Assembly (NCBI GenBank): GCA_003990765.1
Contig: RBNJ01000232.1
Span: 1-35,943, forward strand
Reading direction: 5' to 3'
DNA length: 35,943 nucleotides
Source: Jimgerdemannia flammicorona
Taxonomy: Eukaryota
Shown: positions 22,532-34,959 of the stretch, piece after piece
Layout: each line of letters opens with the position of its first letter
How positions within the stretch are numbered: position 1 is the first letter of the stretch
Program-made: the position numbers and the translations under genes
The notes under the pieces: model-generated
Databases searched by the model: none
Told to the model about the DNA's origin: nothing
What the model saw: the letters and a program-made list of their open reading frames with translations, nothing else

Positions 22532-24779
22532 ACTTGGTACCTATTGGCTAATAATTTAATATATATAAATCTCTCACTTTTAAGCTAAATAATAAACAAC
22601 TATTATCATCCAAACAATGACTCAAATCAAATCAAGACATTAGACAAGATGGATATAAGACTATTAGTATTCTATAGATATATATACTTTAGATGAATCA
22701 ATTATTATATTCATTGAAGACTTTGAGCAATATGCTGCTGTAAGAATTCTGAGAGTAAGACAGTAAGTAGCCCTCATATTCTTCAGTCTCTGAGGATCAG
22801 CAGAAGTAGTATTCACAGCTACAACTCATATAGAAAATAATAATAATGCCATATTAGTAGTATAGAAGACTTGGCTCTAAACTACCTACTATATAGACAA
22901 GATTAAGCAAGCTCTGAAGGATCAGCTCAATATAATATATCAAGAAATGAGTGAGAATCTGAACACATTCTACACCAGAATCCAATATTAGATAATTCTT
23001 ATAGATTATACTACTGCTATCTGAGATCAAGTAGCAGAAGCAACCTTCATAAAGAGAGTCTACCCAGAGATAGTCCTGGCCATCTGCTTATCACCAGTAG
23101 TCCTAGATTTAGTACAAAAAGTCACCTATATCCAACAATACTGGATAGCCAGATATCTACAAAATCATACAATAGAAAGAGTTATTGGAGTTAGAATCAA
23201 AGTACCTAAGGTAATCAGTATAATCCCTACTATAGTGATCAATTGAAACACACCTCAACTATGAGCTACTAAGCAGTAAAGAAACAGTGATCCTATGGAG
23301 AAACTAGCTAAGAAGTTCACTAAAATAACTGCCTATCTAAGAGATGTAGTAAAGAAAATTAGAAGAAAAGATTACTGCTCAGTCCAGAAGTTTACTAACA
23401 TCTCAGACAAGAAGAGAGATATCTGCTATATCTGTGGAGAAGAAGACCACTACTCATATGAATATATGAGCAAAACTAAGTATAAGGCTCAGCCAAGCAA
23501 TACTACTTAAAATAAGAAATAGGTCAATATCATTATTTTTAAGAAGATTGGAGAATTAGATGAAGAAGAATGAGAGGCCTATTCAACTGAGACTGTCAAG
23601 AAAGATATCTACAAATAACCCTATAAGAGACTATTAGGAAGATCCAAGAAGAACTCTGTAGAAAAATAGATAGAGACTGCTATAGAAAGTTATGCTAAAG
23701 AAATAGATCAAGATATAGAACTGGAATAGGCTATTTAAGATATTATTCAAGGAACTATCCCAGCTAGCAAAGAAAAAAAGAAAAAGCTTCACAAAACTAA
23801 GACCTTTAAGTATGATATCTTCAAGGATCTCAGTCAATAAAAAATCTATGCAACTTTTGACCAGCTGGCAGAAATACCCACATTCAGACAACAATGAGAT
23901 ATGGACTTGCTGAGACAACTAAGGAGTAAGGTTGGAAGATAACTGAGGTCAATAACATTAACAAAGACTCTAGAGAAGAAAAGAAGACAATCACAAGACC
24001 TCTACCTATGTAATCTATCAAATCAAAGATAGAATCTTTAAGGCTATCATTGATACTAGAGCAGGAGGATGTCTTCTCAGCCAGACTACCTAGGTTGAGA
24101 GGTTGAGGAAGCAATCAAATTGGTGTTTGTCACAGCAGATAATATAAGAGTCACACTCTTAGAAAAGATTCAGAATATTTCCATTAAGTTTAGAGGAGCA
24201 ACTATCTTAGTAAATATCATTGTAATCAATACAATCAACTATGACATCCTCATTGATAACTAGTGACTTTATAAAGCCAGAGCAATAATTAATCTAAATG
24301 CTCAAAAGATGCAGAACATCTACTGAGGACAGAAGATAGGAATTCTTATCAATGTTAACAAAAGAGTACTCTCTGAAATAGAGAAAGAAGAAAGCAAGCA
24401 AGAAGAGACCTATATATATGGTGACTACCCAGAAAAAGAAGAAGAAAGTTGGATAGATCAGTAAAGAGGACTGGTATAAGAGAATTATTGAAGAATATAT
24501 ACTACAAGAAGTCTGCCACCATGAGATCAGAATATATTATATAGAGCATTTTAATGACTACTACCAGTATACCAGTACAATTAAGAAGATCTACTATTAA
24601 AGAAGACAGAAGGCTCTCAAGAAACAAGCAAGAGAAGAAAAGAAGAAGAGAGAGGATAATGAACTATCAGCCCTTCTGGAGGACAGTGATGATAAAGAAG
24701 AAATCAAGGTCAAGATTCAGAGGATCTACCCTAATATAGTTCTATCAGAATATAAGTCAGAAAATGTAGCTGGAATGGA

Positions 24780-25065
24780 TATTACTATAGTAGAAGAAAC
24801 TATACTTGAGTCCCAGACAACTACTCAAAACAAGAAGCAGTCTGGCCAAGAGTGAGATTACTATTGAAGGAGGAGTCATCAATTCAGATTATATCAGAGA
24901 AATACTACTCATTGCTAAAAACTATTATCTCATGATTTCATTTTTAATCAAGAAGAAGGACTGACTAGCATAGATATTAATCTTTCTAGTTCTTTAGCTA
25001 AAGATCATAGAAGTCAAGAAGTTAGAAGAAATAGAGAGAGAAAGAAAGGAATTTGGATCCACAGA
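24780..25065 (+). pseudogene. dUTPase remnant in family B element
   Basis: KTRSSLAKSEITIEGGVINSDYIREI (motifs II-III) and RKEFGST (motif V), between protease and RT. Confidence 0.75.
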
Positions 25066-26358
25066 AAGAAGAGTATTCACTAGTACCAAGATTACTAAAC
25101 TGGATTATAAGCTGGAGGAAACCACAAACAAGTATAGCTATACTATTAGAAATAAATTCCTGCTCAATAAGGAACTCAAGAAGATACTCTATGAATTCAA
25201 GGATATTCTAATCATAGATTTCAAAGATATCAAAGAAAAGACTCCACACTACTATCATAATATAGACATAGGAGACACTGAACCAATCTATCAAAAAGTA
25301 AGACTGATTTCATCAGTCTACCATGAATAGCTCTGAGAAGAAATCAAGCATATGGAAGAAGCCAGTATCATCAAAGAAGCCAGTAGCCCTTGGACTTCAC
25401 CAGTCATACTAGCTCTGAAAAAAGAAAGCAAGCTAGGAGAATTTGCTTCAAGACTCTGTATTGATTACAGAAAGCTCAATCTGGTTACTAAGAAGATTGC
25501 CAGCTACTGCCCCTCATCAGCAACATCCTTGTAACCTTAGGAGATGAAGCACAGTACTACAGCACCTTAGACTTATATTCAGAATTCTATCAAATTGGTC
25601 TCAAAGAAGTAATGCATGATCAATTGCCAATTTCTTCTACAAAGAAATCATCTGCTGATTTAAGACCCTATTGCAAGTAACTACATATAGATAGAGAAAT
25701 AGAATTTGTGAACCAGTTCTTTGAGGTTCTCTATAAGAAGTACATATAAGATTTAGTATATTCAGACTACAGCCTATTACTCTCAGAGAAATAGATAAGT
25801 AGAAAGAACCAATAAGACTCTCAAGAACATCATTACCAAGATCTGTAATAACTATGAAAACTGAGATAACTATCTGCCAATAGTATTATCTGCTCTTCAA
25901 GATATCTAATTACAAAGCACTCATTTTACCTCTTGAGAGATACTGTTCAGAGAAGTTCTCATAAAACCTTATTATCTAATAGAGATACTATATGAAAATA
26001 TATGGGTATAGAGATATGTAGACTACACCAAATTAGAAAAAAGATTGAGAATTATATAATCAAGACACAGGCCCTACAATAGAACAATGCAGAAAAGATT
26101 CACAAGCCTCTGGAGATTATCAAGATAGGAGACAAAGTTCTGGTATATCAGAATATAGTAGAAGCTTCATGGTTATAAAAGCTGAAGTCTAAGTGAGAAG
26201 GACCTTACTTGGTATAAGATATAAAATAAATCACCTTTTGGCTATAAAAACTCTCAGACACAATTATCTCTACTACTATTTACTAAAACTAACTCAAGAA
26301 GTATTATGGCTAATTAATAAAGTACTACTATAGCCCTCAAGATCACTAGTACTATACA

Positions 26359-26765
26359 ATGAGTCATAGAAAGACAATAGTATACTACCAAACTATCAAT
26401 CATAGAAGAATCCTTTGACAGCATCCAGAGTATAGTTCAGATATACTTATTATGAATCTTACATTTTAAGGCCTACTAGAACTAGATTGAGTTTCAAGAA
26501 TACTTCAAGTTGGGACAGCTACTAAACTCATGACCAGAGATGAGAAAAGAAGACTGAATCAGAGAGTGCCAGCTCTCTCATACTCAGATCATAATCACCA
26601 AATGAGTTAATAAGTTATTCAAAGATAATGAGCTAGCTTTAACCTATTTCCAAAGAGTAGTCCTAAGAGACTTTAGATATATTAAGAGATACTATTAGAA
26701 GAATGTAATAATATAGATTGTACAGTACAAGGAGATATAAATCATGAAAGCTTGGGAGTTTGAGT
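26359..26765 (+). pseudogene. Extra ORF downstream of integrase, homologous to 1-406
   Basis: Reads FQEYFKLGQLLNS*PEMRKED*IRECQLSHTQIIITK*VNKLFKDNELALTYFQRVVLRDF between integrase and the PPT. Confidence 0.6.
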
Positions 26766-26808
26766 AAATAGGATATTTTAGAAATAAATCACCTATTCAG
26801 GAGGAAGT

Positions 26809-27310
26809 TGTAATAGTTGATCTGAATTAGTAATATGAATCAGAAGAATAGATATTTAATTATAATACCTAAATCTAATTACTAAATATAGTATAGCCTT
26901 ACAAATAACAGTCATATTTCACAAATATAGAAAACTTTAACAGATGTTATAATATTTACAAATATCAAAGATTTCACAAATGTTAAAGTTTTGACAATTG
27001 TCAAAAATTTAGCAGATATTAAGGATTAATATCTATAAAGAATGATTCACAGGAAAGATAGTCATAACTTAGCCACCTTATATGTAGCTAGCAAACTTGT
27101 ATAAATATCTCCAATATTTAGAGTAAATAAACCTCAGATTGAAATAGTTCAAAGTAAAGAGAAAGTAAGAGAACTAGTAAGCCTGTAGATAGATACACTT
27201 CAAACTCACCTATTTCTATATTCTGAGAACTCTATAGAGTTAAAGAAGATTAAGTTTTCAAGATACAGAAATCTGACATACTTATACAGTTATGCATCTG
27301 CTACATTATA
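26809..27310 (+). repeat. 3' LTR, family B (502 bp)
   Basis: Direct repeat of 22112-22531 with an additional ~70-80 bp at ~26945-27015. Preceded by the PPT. Confidence 0.9.
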
Positions 27311-28999
27311 CTGAGTATATATTGAGAGTTGTGGTTATTATTTATTATTATTCTCTATTTTAGTATACTATATATCTGATATATATACATATCTTTGATC
27401 TTAATTGGTAAAATTCTATTTTTATAAGTTTTATATTTTATGACTCAGCTTTATAATCTATAACTTAGTTTAACTTAGCTTTATAATCTTATATATATTT
27501 TCTGAATTTGTTCTAAGAATGAAATATAATTTCAGTAGCTTGGAGATTGTAAACTTATATTAGCTCTGCCATTAAGCATACTAGGTTAGGTATTGTGACA
27601 AACCAAAACATACCACCCAAATTATATCTTAACCAGATGACGCGAACAATTAGCCAAGATAACATGAACATACAGCATAGTAACCAGCAACCATTGCTGC
27701 AGAAAACTGTATAAATAGTCAGATATACCAGAAAGGGTCTGTTTACCTGTACAGACTCTGTACACCATACAGACTCTGTACACTATACAGGTCCTGTATA
27801 CTATACAGACTCTGTATACCTGCCATAAGTAGCAGATCTATAGTTAGCCATATAGTAACCAGATAGTAACCAACTTGTATAAATTACCCCAGAGACAAGA
27901 GTAAATAAACCTCAGTCTGAAATATAAACACCAAAGAAGCCTCTAAAGATTGAGCATTAGTCCCCTTTCCACTCCAGTTCACTTTCTGATACAAAGCTGA
28001 TTTTGCCACCAAGTTCGAGTGAAGAACTTTGCTGCCTTTTGAAGAACCTACTGCTTATGGAATAAGCCACACTATTGGTATGCTTGTCAGATAAGCCTGA
28101 AAAATCTGAGTTTGCTGCCCAAGTTCAAAGAAGAACTTTGCCACCATTTCCAAGTCATTCGCCACATTCCCAGAGAGCCCTATTCTTGTCACAAGCCAGT
28201 CTGTTGATACAACTTCACAGTAGAGCCAGTCTATCAATGCAACTCTGTGCAAATGAAGCCAGTCTTGATATAACTTGCCAAGAATCCTAGTTAATTCCCA
28301 GTTGAAGCCACTGATTCAGGAAAATCCACATTATCTGCCATTTTCAAGTTATCTGCCATATTCCCAGCTGAAGCCACCACTTTCAAGTTATCTGCATTCT
28401 CAGAATCCATGCCATTATATTCTCAGAAGAGCCAGATTCAGAAGAATTTGTGCTATCTGAGTAGTATTCCCAATTGAAGCTGAGTCTGCAACATCTGAGT
28501 TGATTGTTCCCAGTGAGCCTGAGTTATCAAGTTATCCACCACCAGTACAATTCCTAGTGAACTCGCACCCAAACCAAGTTATCTGCCAAATTATTCAAAT
28601 GTCCCACATAAGGAACTTGTTGCACTACACAGAGATCGCCACCCAAATTACATAAGGAAAGCCACCAAATTACCAGACCATCACATACAGAGATCATCAT
28701 GCTACACAGAAATCACCTGTTACTCAAGAAGGAAACCACTCATGCTATATACAAATTCTGCCATTCTCAGTTGATCCAAGAAGGAAACCCATTCACACAA
28801 ATCACCACTACACCTAGAGAACCGTCCCAATTAGGAAATCAACACACAAATCAGTCGCAGATATCTAGCTTTGACTATTATACCACTAAACACCAAGGAT
28901 CTCAGGAATCTTAGAATATTTTGTTACTTTTTGACAAAGTAACTGGGGCTCAAGCCAAACTACATTAACCTCCAACTTAGTGCTCCAAACGAATGGAGT

Positions 29000-29185
29000 T
29001 GATCCGGATGAGATTCGATTCAGATTCGTCATGTGATGGATTTGAATCAACTCAGATTAGTCTTGTGATCTGATCCAGATTGATCCAGATTGATCCGAAT
29101 TGATCCATCCGGATTGATCCATCCAGATGATTCATCCAGATGATCTATCTGGATTGATCCATCTGGATTGATCCATTTGGATTGA
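29000..29185. repeat. Left subterminal repeat array of the hAT element
   Basis: Dense GATCC/GATT(G) units, e.g. GATTGATCCA reiterated over 29070-29185. Confidence 0.85.
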
Positions 29186-29392
29186 AATCTTTGGTGACGT
29201 CACCCTTTCTTTTGTTCATTTTGCTCTTGTTTTTTTTTTTCTGTCACACTTTGGTGACATCACTCTTTCCTTTGTTCCCTCTCTTTTCTTTGTTCTTTTT
29301 CTTTGTTCTTTCTTGCTGCATTATGAGCAAATAAAACAGTAGCCCTTAATTCATATGTTGGTCCAGTCTACTCATTTTTCACCCTGTAATGA

Positions 29393-29985
29393 TTGTCAAA
29401 AGAGGGAGTATTCGAGGTGGAAATGCACTCTCTACTGACAATGTTAGATTCTTTCTCATATGGACAGCACACAAGCTGCTCATCGAGAGCCAAAGGGGCA
29501 ACAGCAGTAGCAGTGGTGATGGCAATGGTGGGGATGAGGGAAAATTCTGACAACAACTCATGGTGGCCCTTTGGATCTCAGAATTTACAGACCTCACAGC
29601 TATGTAAGCGGGCAGCCTTTTTGGAGCAGCTGATAGTAGATGTAGGTTGCTCACTCAGCCGCCACTTGTTTACTTATGTTTATTTAAACTTCCCCAGCAT
29701 GATCTAATTCACCTCATGCTTTTCTTAGGGTCCACAGCTCTATGGCAAGATCTGCTGACTTTATTCGCAACATCTGGTCAAGATGAAGAAAGGCTGGCAG
29801 ACGTTGCAGGGCATGCCTTTGGTGGCTGAGCTGTTGAGTCAATGCATCGCATAGTGGAGGTCTCAAAAGGAACAGAAGCAAGCCTTCATGAGTAATTCTT
29901 GTGCAACTTGTGCAACTTGTCAGCGTGTAACTCATCGGCATGCAGCTCACTCACTCATACTCTTTTTCTGAAATACCCATCTCCG
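29393..29985 (+). pseudogene. Possible 5' exons of the cargo gene (or a second cargo gene), unknown domain
   Basis: ORF 29393-29641 joins in phase via a GTAGGT...CCCCAG intron (29642-29697) to HDLIHLMLFLG.... The stops TGA and TAA are one C>T from sense codons. No recognised motif. Confidence 0.4.
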
Positions 29986-30152
29986 TGTTTTATTTAATTT
30001 CATTTTTATGTGGTCTCCTCCTAAAAAACACCCACACCCACATGCAACCCGCACATAACCCATCCGCATGCAACCTGCCTGCCTGCATGTAACCTGCCTG
30101 CATACAACCCACCCATATGCAACCCATCCGCATACTTATCTCAGTCCCTCAG

Positions 30153-31393
30153 ATCAGGGCTCAGTTCCATTGGAAAGGAGAGTTCAAAGTTACCTGAGTT
30201 CAACTACGTCCAGCATCTGATCAAATAGAGAAATTCGAGGGCAAGATGTTCAGCATGAGTAGTACCAGCATCATCATCAAGGCTTGGGGGTCTACATTTG
30301 AATCAGAGCCAATTGTACTTGACCAAGGGGTCCATTGGCCAGCAGGAGTAACTAACGACAAAGCGAACCATATCTTTATTAACAAATGTGGAGAGGTGGT
30401 TGTGATGGTGGTAAGGAATCTCTACAGTGACGAGCTTCACCACCACATCAATGAGATTTGCGAGGATTGCATCAAATACTGGGTGGCAGGGAAGAGGGGG
30501 CGAAAAAGCAAGGAGGGGGGGTTTGGATGGGAATTGGGTATACTGCAACACTGGCGAAGGGTGGGTTCCAAAATCCCCCACACTCATCTCTCTTTTTTTT
30601 TAACCCCTCCCCAGATAAATCACACTCTTTGCTGACATACTCTTTTTGATACAATTCTAGAGATATACAAGATTCTGTACCCCTACCAAAACTTTAGAAG
30701 TGCTGTCGAAGAGCAAACTGCGTGTGAGCACAACACAGCCTGTGCGGCGATGGCAGCTATGATCTGGGGTTCTTTGAGCAGATTGGTAGAGTGTATGGCA
30801 GGCCAGCTTAGTGGTGATCTTGGTGCAGTTGTATGTACGTTCTTGGCACAATTTAGCATGCTGTATGAGGTAAGGAGCTCCGCTTTTTTGGGGTGCTGCA
30901 GCCCAGGGAGTTTCTGTGGCCTGGGGGGTTTCTGCCCCCCTGAACGCAAAAAGGACTGACTGGTTGCCATCTGTTTTGGCAGGTTTCCAAGCTGGGGCTC
31001 CCGGGGCTGGACTAAGGGCAGGCATCCACCAGCACAGCCTGGCAGTATGAGGTCCTGGGCCAAGGGTTCACCCAACCATATGCTTGCGTCACATCAGGAT
31101 ATGTTGGGCACAACCTTTCTCTGCCCACACACACAGACAACAACATCACCCCAGTAATGTTTTATATCCTGGAAAGGAAGGGCCCAATCTGGGAAGATAG
31201 TGGCAGAGTCTGGTACAACCTCACCTATGGTTTCGGGGTCCCGTTTGTGGCCAACATGGCCATCCTATTCCAACCACATGACTACCATGGCACCGTCACC
31301 TTTGAGGAGAGCTTGGACACAACAGTCGTCGCACTCACAATGGATGACAGGCTCATCAAGGCCTGGGACCAGTGGGTGGAGCAGTTTTTGTGA
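30153..31393 (+). pseudogene. 2OG-Fe(II) dioxygenase, probably TET/JBP-like, spliced, with premature stops
   Basis: Exons ~30153-30560, ~30663-30869 and 30983-31393; intron 30870-30982 has GTAAGG, CTGAC branch and CAG. The last exon reads VTSGYVGHNLSLPTHTDNNITPVMFYIL...GRVWYNLTYGFGVPFVANMAILFQPHDYHGT...TVVALTM. HxD at 31130-31138, distal H at 31286. Stops at 30195 (TGA) and 31013 (TAA). Confidence 0.72.
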
Positions 31394-31680
31394 GGGTTAG
31401 GCAATCTTTCGTGAGGGTTAGGTAGCCATTTTGTGCGGGTTGGGCAGTCTTATGTGGGGGGGTTGGGCTGGATGCCTCTTATGTAGCACTAGCTTAGCCG
31501 TTATGCAGGGCCCTACCAGCCCCTTGGCCCTGCTCTGTAGTGCCACCAGTGTGGCGCTGCGGCGCAGGGCTGGGGTGCCTGTGGGACCCAAACTGGTGAC
31601 TTCGACCACCAGAAATGCCCTCTGATCACCAGAAGCACCCTCTGACCACCAGAAGCACCCTTTGCCCTGGACTCCTTGGT

Positions 31681-32140
31681 GGCTTGGGGCTGCCCTTATG
31701 CCACTGGCAGAGGGCCATAAATTTTGCACACTCCCTCCACTTGCCCTGCCCATCCCAGACACTTGCGGCTTGGGGCAGTCCCTTGTTGCTGGCGGAGGGC
31801 CACAAATTTTTGCACACTCCCTCTGCCGACCCCATGCCTGCCAACCGACCCCACCCACTGACCTGGGCGCTGACAGCTTGGGGCTGCCCCTCGCTGCTGG
31901 TGGAGGGCCACAAATTTTGTGCACTCCCTCCACCTACCCCCCTGACCTAGACACTTGTGGCTTGGGGCTGCCCCTTGCTGCTGGCGGAGGGCCACAAATT
32001 TTGCATGCTCCCTCTGCTGACCCACCCACCAACCTACCCACCAACCCGCCCACCGACCCGCCCACCAACCCAGGCACTAGCAGCTTGGGGCTGCCCCTTG
32101 CTGCTGGCTGAGGGCCGCAAATATTGCATGCTCTCTCCAC
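31681..32140. repeat. GC-rich array: five copies of a ~58-bp core with variable C-rich linkers
   Basis: Core GCTTGGGGCTGCCCCTTGCTGCTGGCGGAGGGCCACAAATTTTGCACACTCCCTC starts near 31682, 31768, 31877, 31960 and 32083. Confidence 0.92.
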
Positions 32141-32294
32141 CGCTACCACCAACCCCACCCCACTTTGGCTGCAAACTCCAGGCTGAGTCCTCAGGTTTTT
32201 TTTTCCTTTTTTATTAATTTGAAAGGTATTAAATATTCCACAAGGCCAACCAACTTATCCGCAGACCTGCTGAATTATAGTGGCCCGAGCCCCA

Positions 32295-34864
32295 CTAAGA
32301 CTTCAGATACATACATACCTGGATTGTCTCAGCATTCAGCACACACCTCTTTGGGGCAATGAGGTCCACTCTATCTGAGAACATCCACTCGACGGGAGCA
32401 CTGGAGGCAGGAATCGCCAGGTAGTCCCAAGCCATACCACACAGGCTGGGGAAGTCCATTTGATGCAGCTGCACACCCCGGTGGGTAGAGCAGTGGTTAG
32501 ATTGGTGGGTTAAATTGGCCCAACGCCTGCCTGACAACCCACCTTCCACCAGTTGAGCACCTCTATACCCTCCAGCAGAACCATGTGGTCGCTGGTGAGG
32601 TAAATAGTAAGTTCATCTATTGATGGCAGCTCTTCCACTGATGGCTCCCTCTTCCTCTTTCTGCCGAAGTAAATGTGGGACAGGAGGGATCTCTCGGTAT
32701 ATTCGTCTGGACTTTGGCCAGAACCTTGCAGTGGTGCATAGTTTTTCTGGTATACTTCAATTATGGCCTGCTTGGTTCTCTCAATGAAGTGCTACTCCCA
32801 GCCCTGATCTTTATGGTATTGTAGCTTTAAGTGTGGGTCCAGCACTGTTTGAAGAAAAGGAGAGTGAGTTTTTGTGGGGTTTCCTCTGTTTTGGAAGAGA
32901 CAACAGCCATATGCCGATATCGATATACCTGTACTGATTGAGTATACAGCAGTATCTGTTTGGGAGTAGTATTTTCTAAGCTTGCTTAGAGCAACCTCTA
33001 TGGCGTCTCTCTGATCCAGGCTTAACTGTAAATTACTACAACCCTCCAGCCTATCCTCGAGCTTGTCCTCTAGCTGGTCAATCAGAAGGTTGTATACCGG
33101 TATTGCAGAGCTTATTGTCAGGGTCATTTGTTTGACTATATCCTTTGTACAATCATCAAAACACTGGCAGTTATATGTGGTGAGGTGTTGCACTGTGTAG
33201 AGGTAGACAAAATGAGTGTAGAGCCAGAGCAACCACCACTTACTTCCAAAACTCTGACAACATTCCTAAGTACGTCTCACTCACTTTCACCTAGAGCCTT
33301 GGCCCATATTTCCTTGTCGGCAGCCATCATTGAATCTATTGGCTTTTTTTTTTTTTTTTTTTTTAAAAAATAAATCTTCCATCATCCAAAACAGTTGCTT
33401 CAGCTGACTAAAGAAAAAAAGAATGCATACCACAGCAAACTCCAGTGCATGCTGGATCATTGCAAATGTTGAGTTCCAATGTGTACAGATGTCCAATATA
33501 AGCTCTTTCAGGGCTAAACTGATTGCCCTACACTGTGCAGCGAATTTGTCTTGTTGTTGTGGGGATGATCGGACTGACACAACCAGTTTGTGTAGCTTGG
33601 AATTTATACTCAGGGCCCCTCCTCTCTCAGATGTTTTGTCTATATACATAAGATAGTCCTGAACAGCGAGGTTCAATACATGGGCCTGGCATCATACATG
33701 GCAGCTTTCTGCACTGAAGGCCACGTTTTTCTGTTTGAGGCTGGCCACTAAACCTTGGAAAAATGTTGAGTTGTTTGTGGCATTATCTGTCGTAATGGCC
33801 AAAATCTGTACTTGAAATATTTGGTTGACAAATTTATGTAAAAATAAGTAACCAATAAAATCTGGTTTGGTTTAGGACCTCCCTCAAAATGCCGACCTGA
33901 CAGCAAGCCCCCCTTTTTTACCTTGGTGGTGATCCCAAGCTCCCGGATATAACTAATAAAAGCATCTGTGATGTTGTCTCCAGAATGAGGGCCAGCAAGT
34001 TTGATGAAGTCAAGGGTGAGAGATTTAAGCTGCCAATCGAGGTCAATCCAATGACCAGTAATGCTCAGAAATGAAATTGCATTGGGGGATGTCCATGAGT
34101 CGATCATAAATGAAATTTTGCCTGCCGAATTCTGCTTATTGAATGTGAGGTTAAATTGGTAAGCTCTTTTATATAATTCAGCTTACAAAGGTCATGGTGC
34201 TGCCCTTATTTTACCTGAAGTATCTGGCAGAGATTGTTGTGCTCCTTCCTATAGGCCTCCAGGACATCTTTGTGAATAGTATCAGCACTTGGCAAATATA
34301 AATCATACTTGAGGAGGCCAAAGATGCTATGTAATTGATCACTCTCGATGGTTGTGAATGGCTGGTCTGTGCACATAATCCAGCGAATGAGCTGATTTCG
34401 AAATTCTGCCAAAGAGTATGGCTAAATATTTTTGATTAAATGGTATTGTTGGTACAGAAATAGTCAGGCAATCAGATAAACGTACCCACCACAGCTTGGA
34501 TGTTGATTTTATTTGTCTCCATGTTCTTTTTGATTTTGTCAGAGTGCTTGTCTTTTATGTGTCGATTCATGTTCAAAGTCGTACCCCCAAGCATTTTGAA
34601 CTTCTGGCTGGTATAGTTCATGGAGGTGGATGAAACAATATCATGTGTGTGTCAAAACAATATCATGTGTATGTCAAAACAAAGTGTCAATAGGGGCATC
34701 TTAATTTTTTACCTGCAATAATTACAAACAACATCAACTCCTATCTTAGCACAATGTTGCCAGATTTCAGAGTGAGGATTGCATGGAAGGTGTGAAACTA
34801 TCAGGGATGTTTGACTTGAAGCATCATCAGTACTGTGAACTGTTGAAGACTGATCTGTCGACAT
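32295..34864 (-). pseudogene. hAT transposase, multi-exon, inactivated
   Basis: ATG at 34864. BED finger (IWQH..VVCNYC / TTLNMNRHIKDKH), DQPFTTIE, FMIDSWTS (D), ITTDNA (D), CQAHVLNL, THWNST, KLRKYY, VLDPHLK, WWK|..FPSL..MAWDYLAIPASSAPVEWMFS (E, dimerisation domain). About 7 GT-AG introns and several premature stops. Confidence 0.95.
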
Positions 34865-34959
34865 GTGTGTTTGCGTGTTTGTGTATGCATGTGTATGCGT
34901 GTGTGTGTATGTATATATATATGTGTTGTGTTGTGGATGCATCCGGCATATGAGTCATG

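Larger units (their letters stand above)
22112..27310 (+). mobile_element. Ty3/Gypsy LTR retrotransposon, family B, two LTRs, internally deleted and heavily decayed
   Basis: LTR pair 22112-22531 and 26809-27310. Knuckle CYICGEEDHYSYE(Y) at 23424-23465, protease IIDT(R)AGG ~24045, dUTPase remnant, RT start (SPWTSPV, RLCIDYRKLN) joined at ~25610 to the integrase core, K*EGPY ~26191, purine tract AGGAGGAAG 26799-26807. Flanks CTAG and CTGA. Confidence 0.92.

Noticed and set aside
29368..29950. Minus-strand ORFs as a divergent cargo gene
   Set aside because: Short and motif-free; the plus strand has better splice-signal and phase support.
31681..32140. CRISPR-like repeat/spacer appearance
   Set aside because: Repeats are ~58 bp and degenerate, the linkers are variable in length and related to each other, there are no cas genes, and the context is eukaryotic.
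31418..32217. Many overlapping 65-171 aa ORFs on both strands
   Set aside because: By-products of the GC-rich repeat, which lacks stop codons; no protein motifs.
32295..34864. KDZ/Zisupton or Plavaka transposase as the TET partner
   Set aside because: The motifs (BED finger, DxWT, TDN, CxxH, WNST, dimerisation domain) are those of a hAT transposase.
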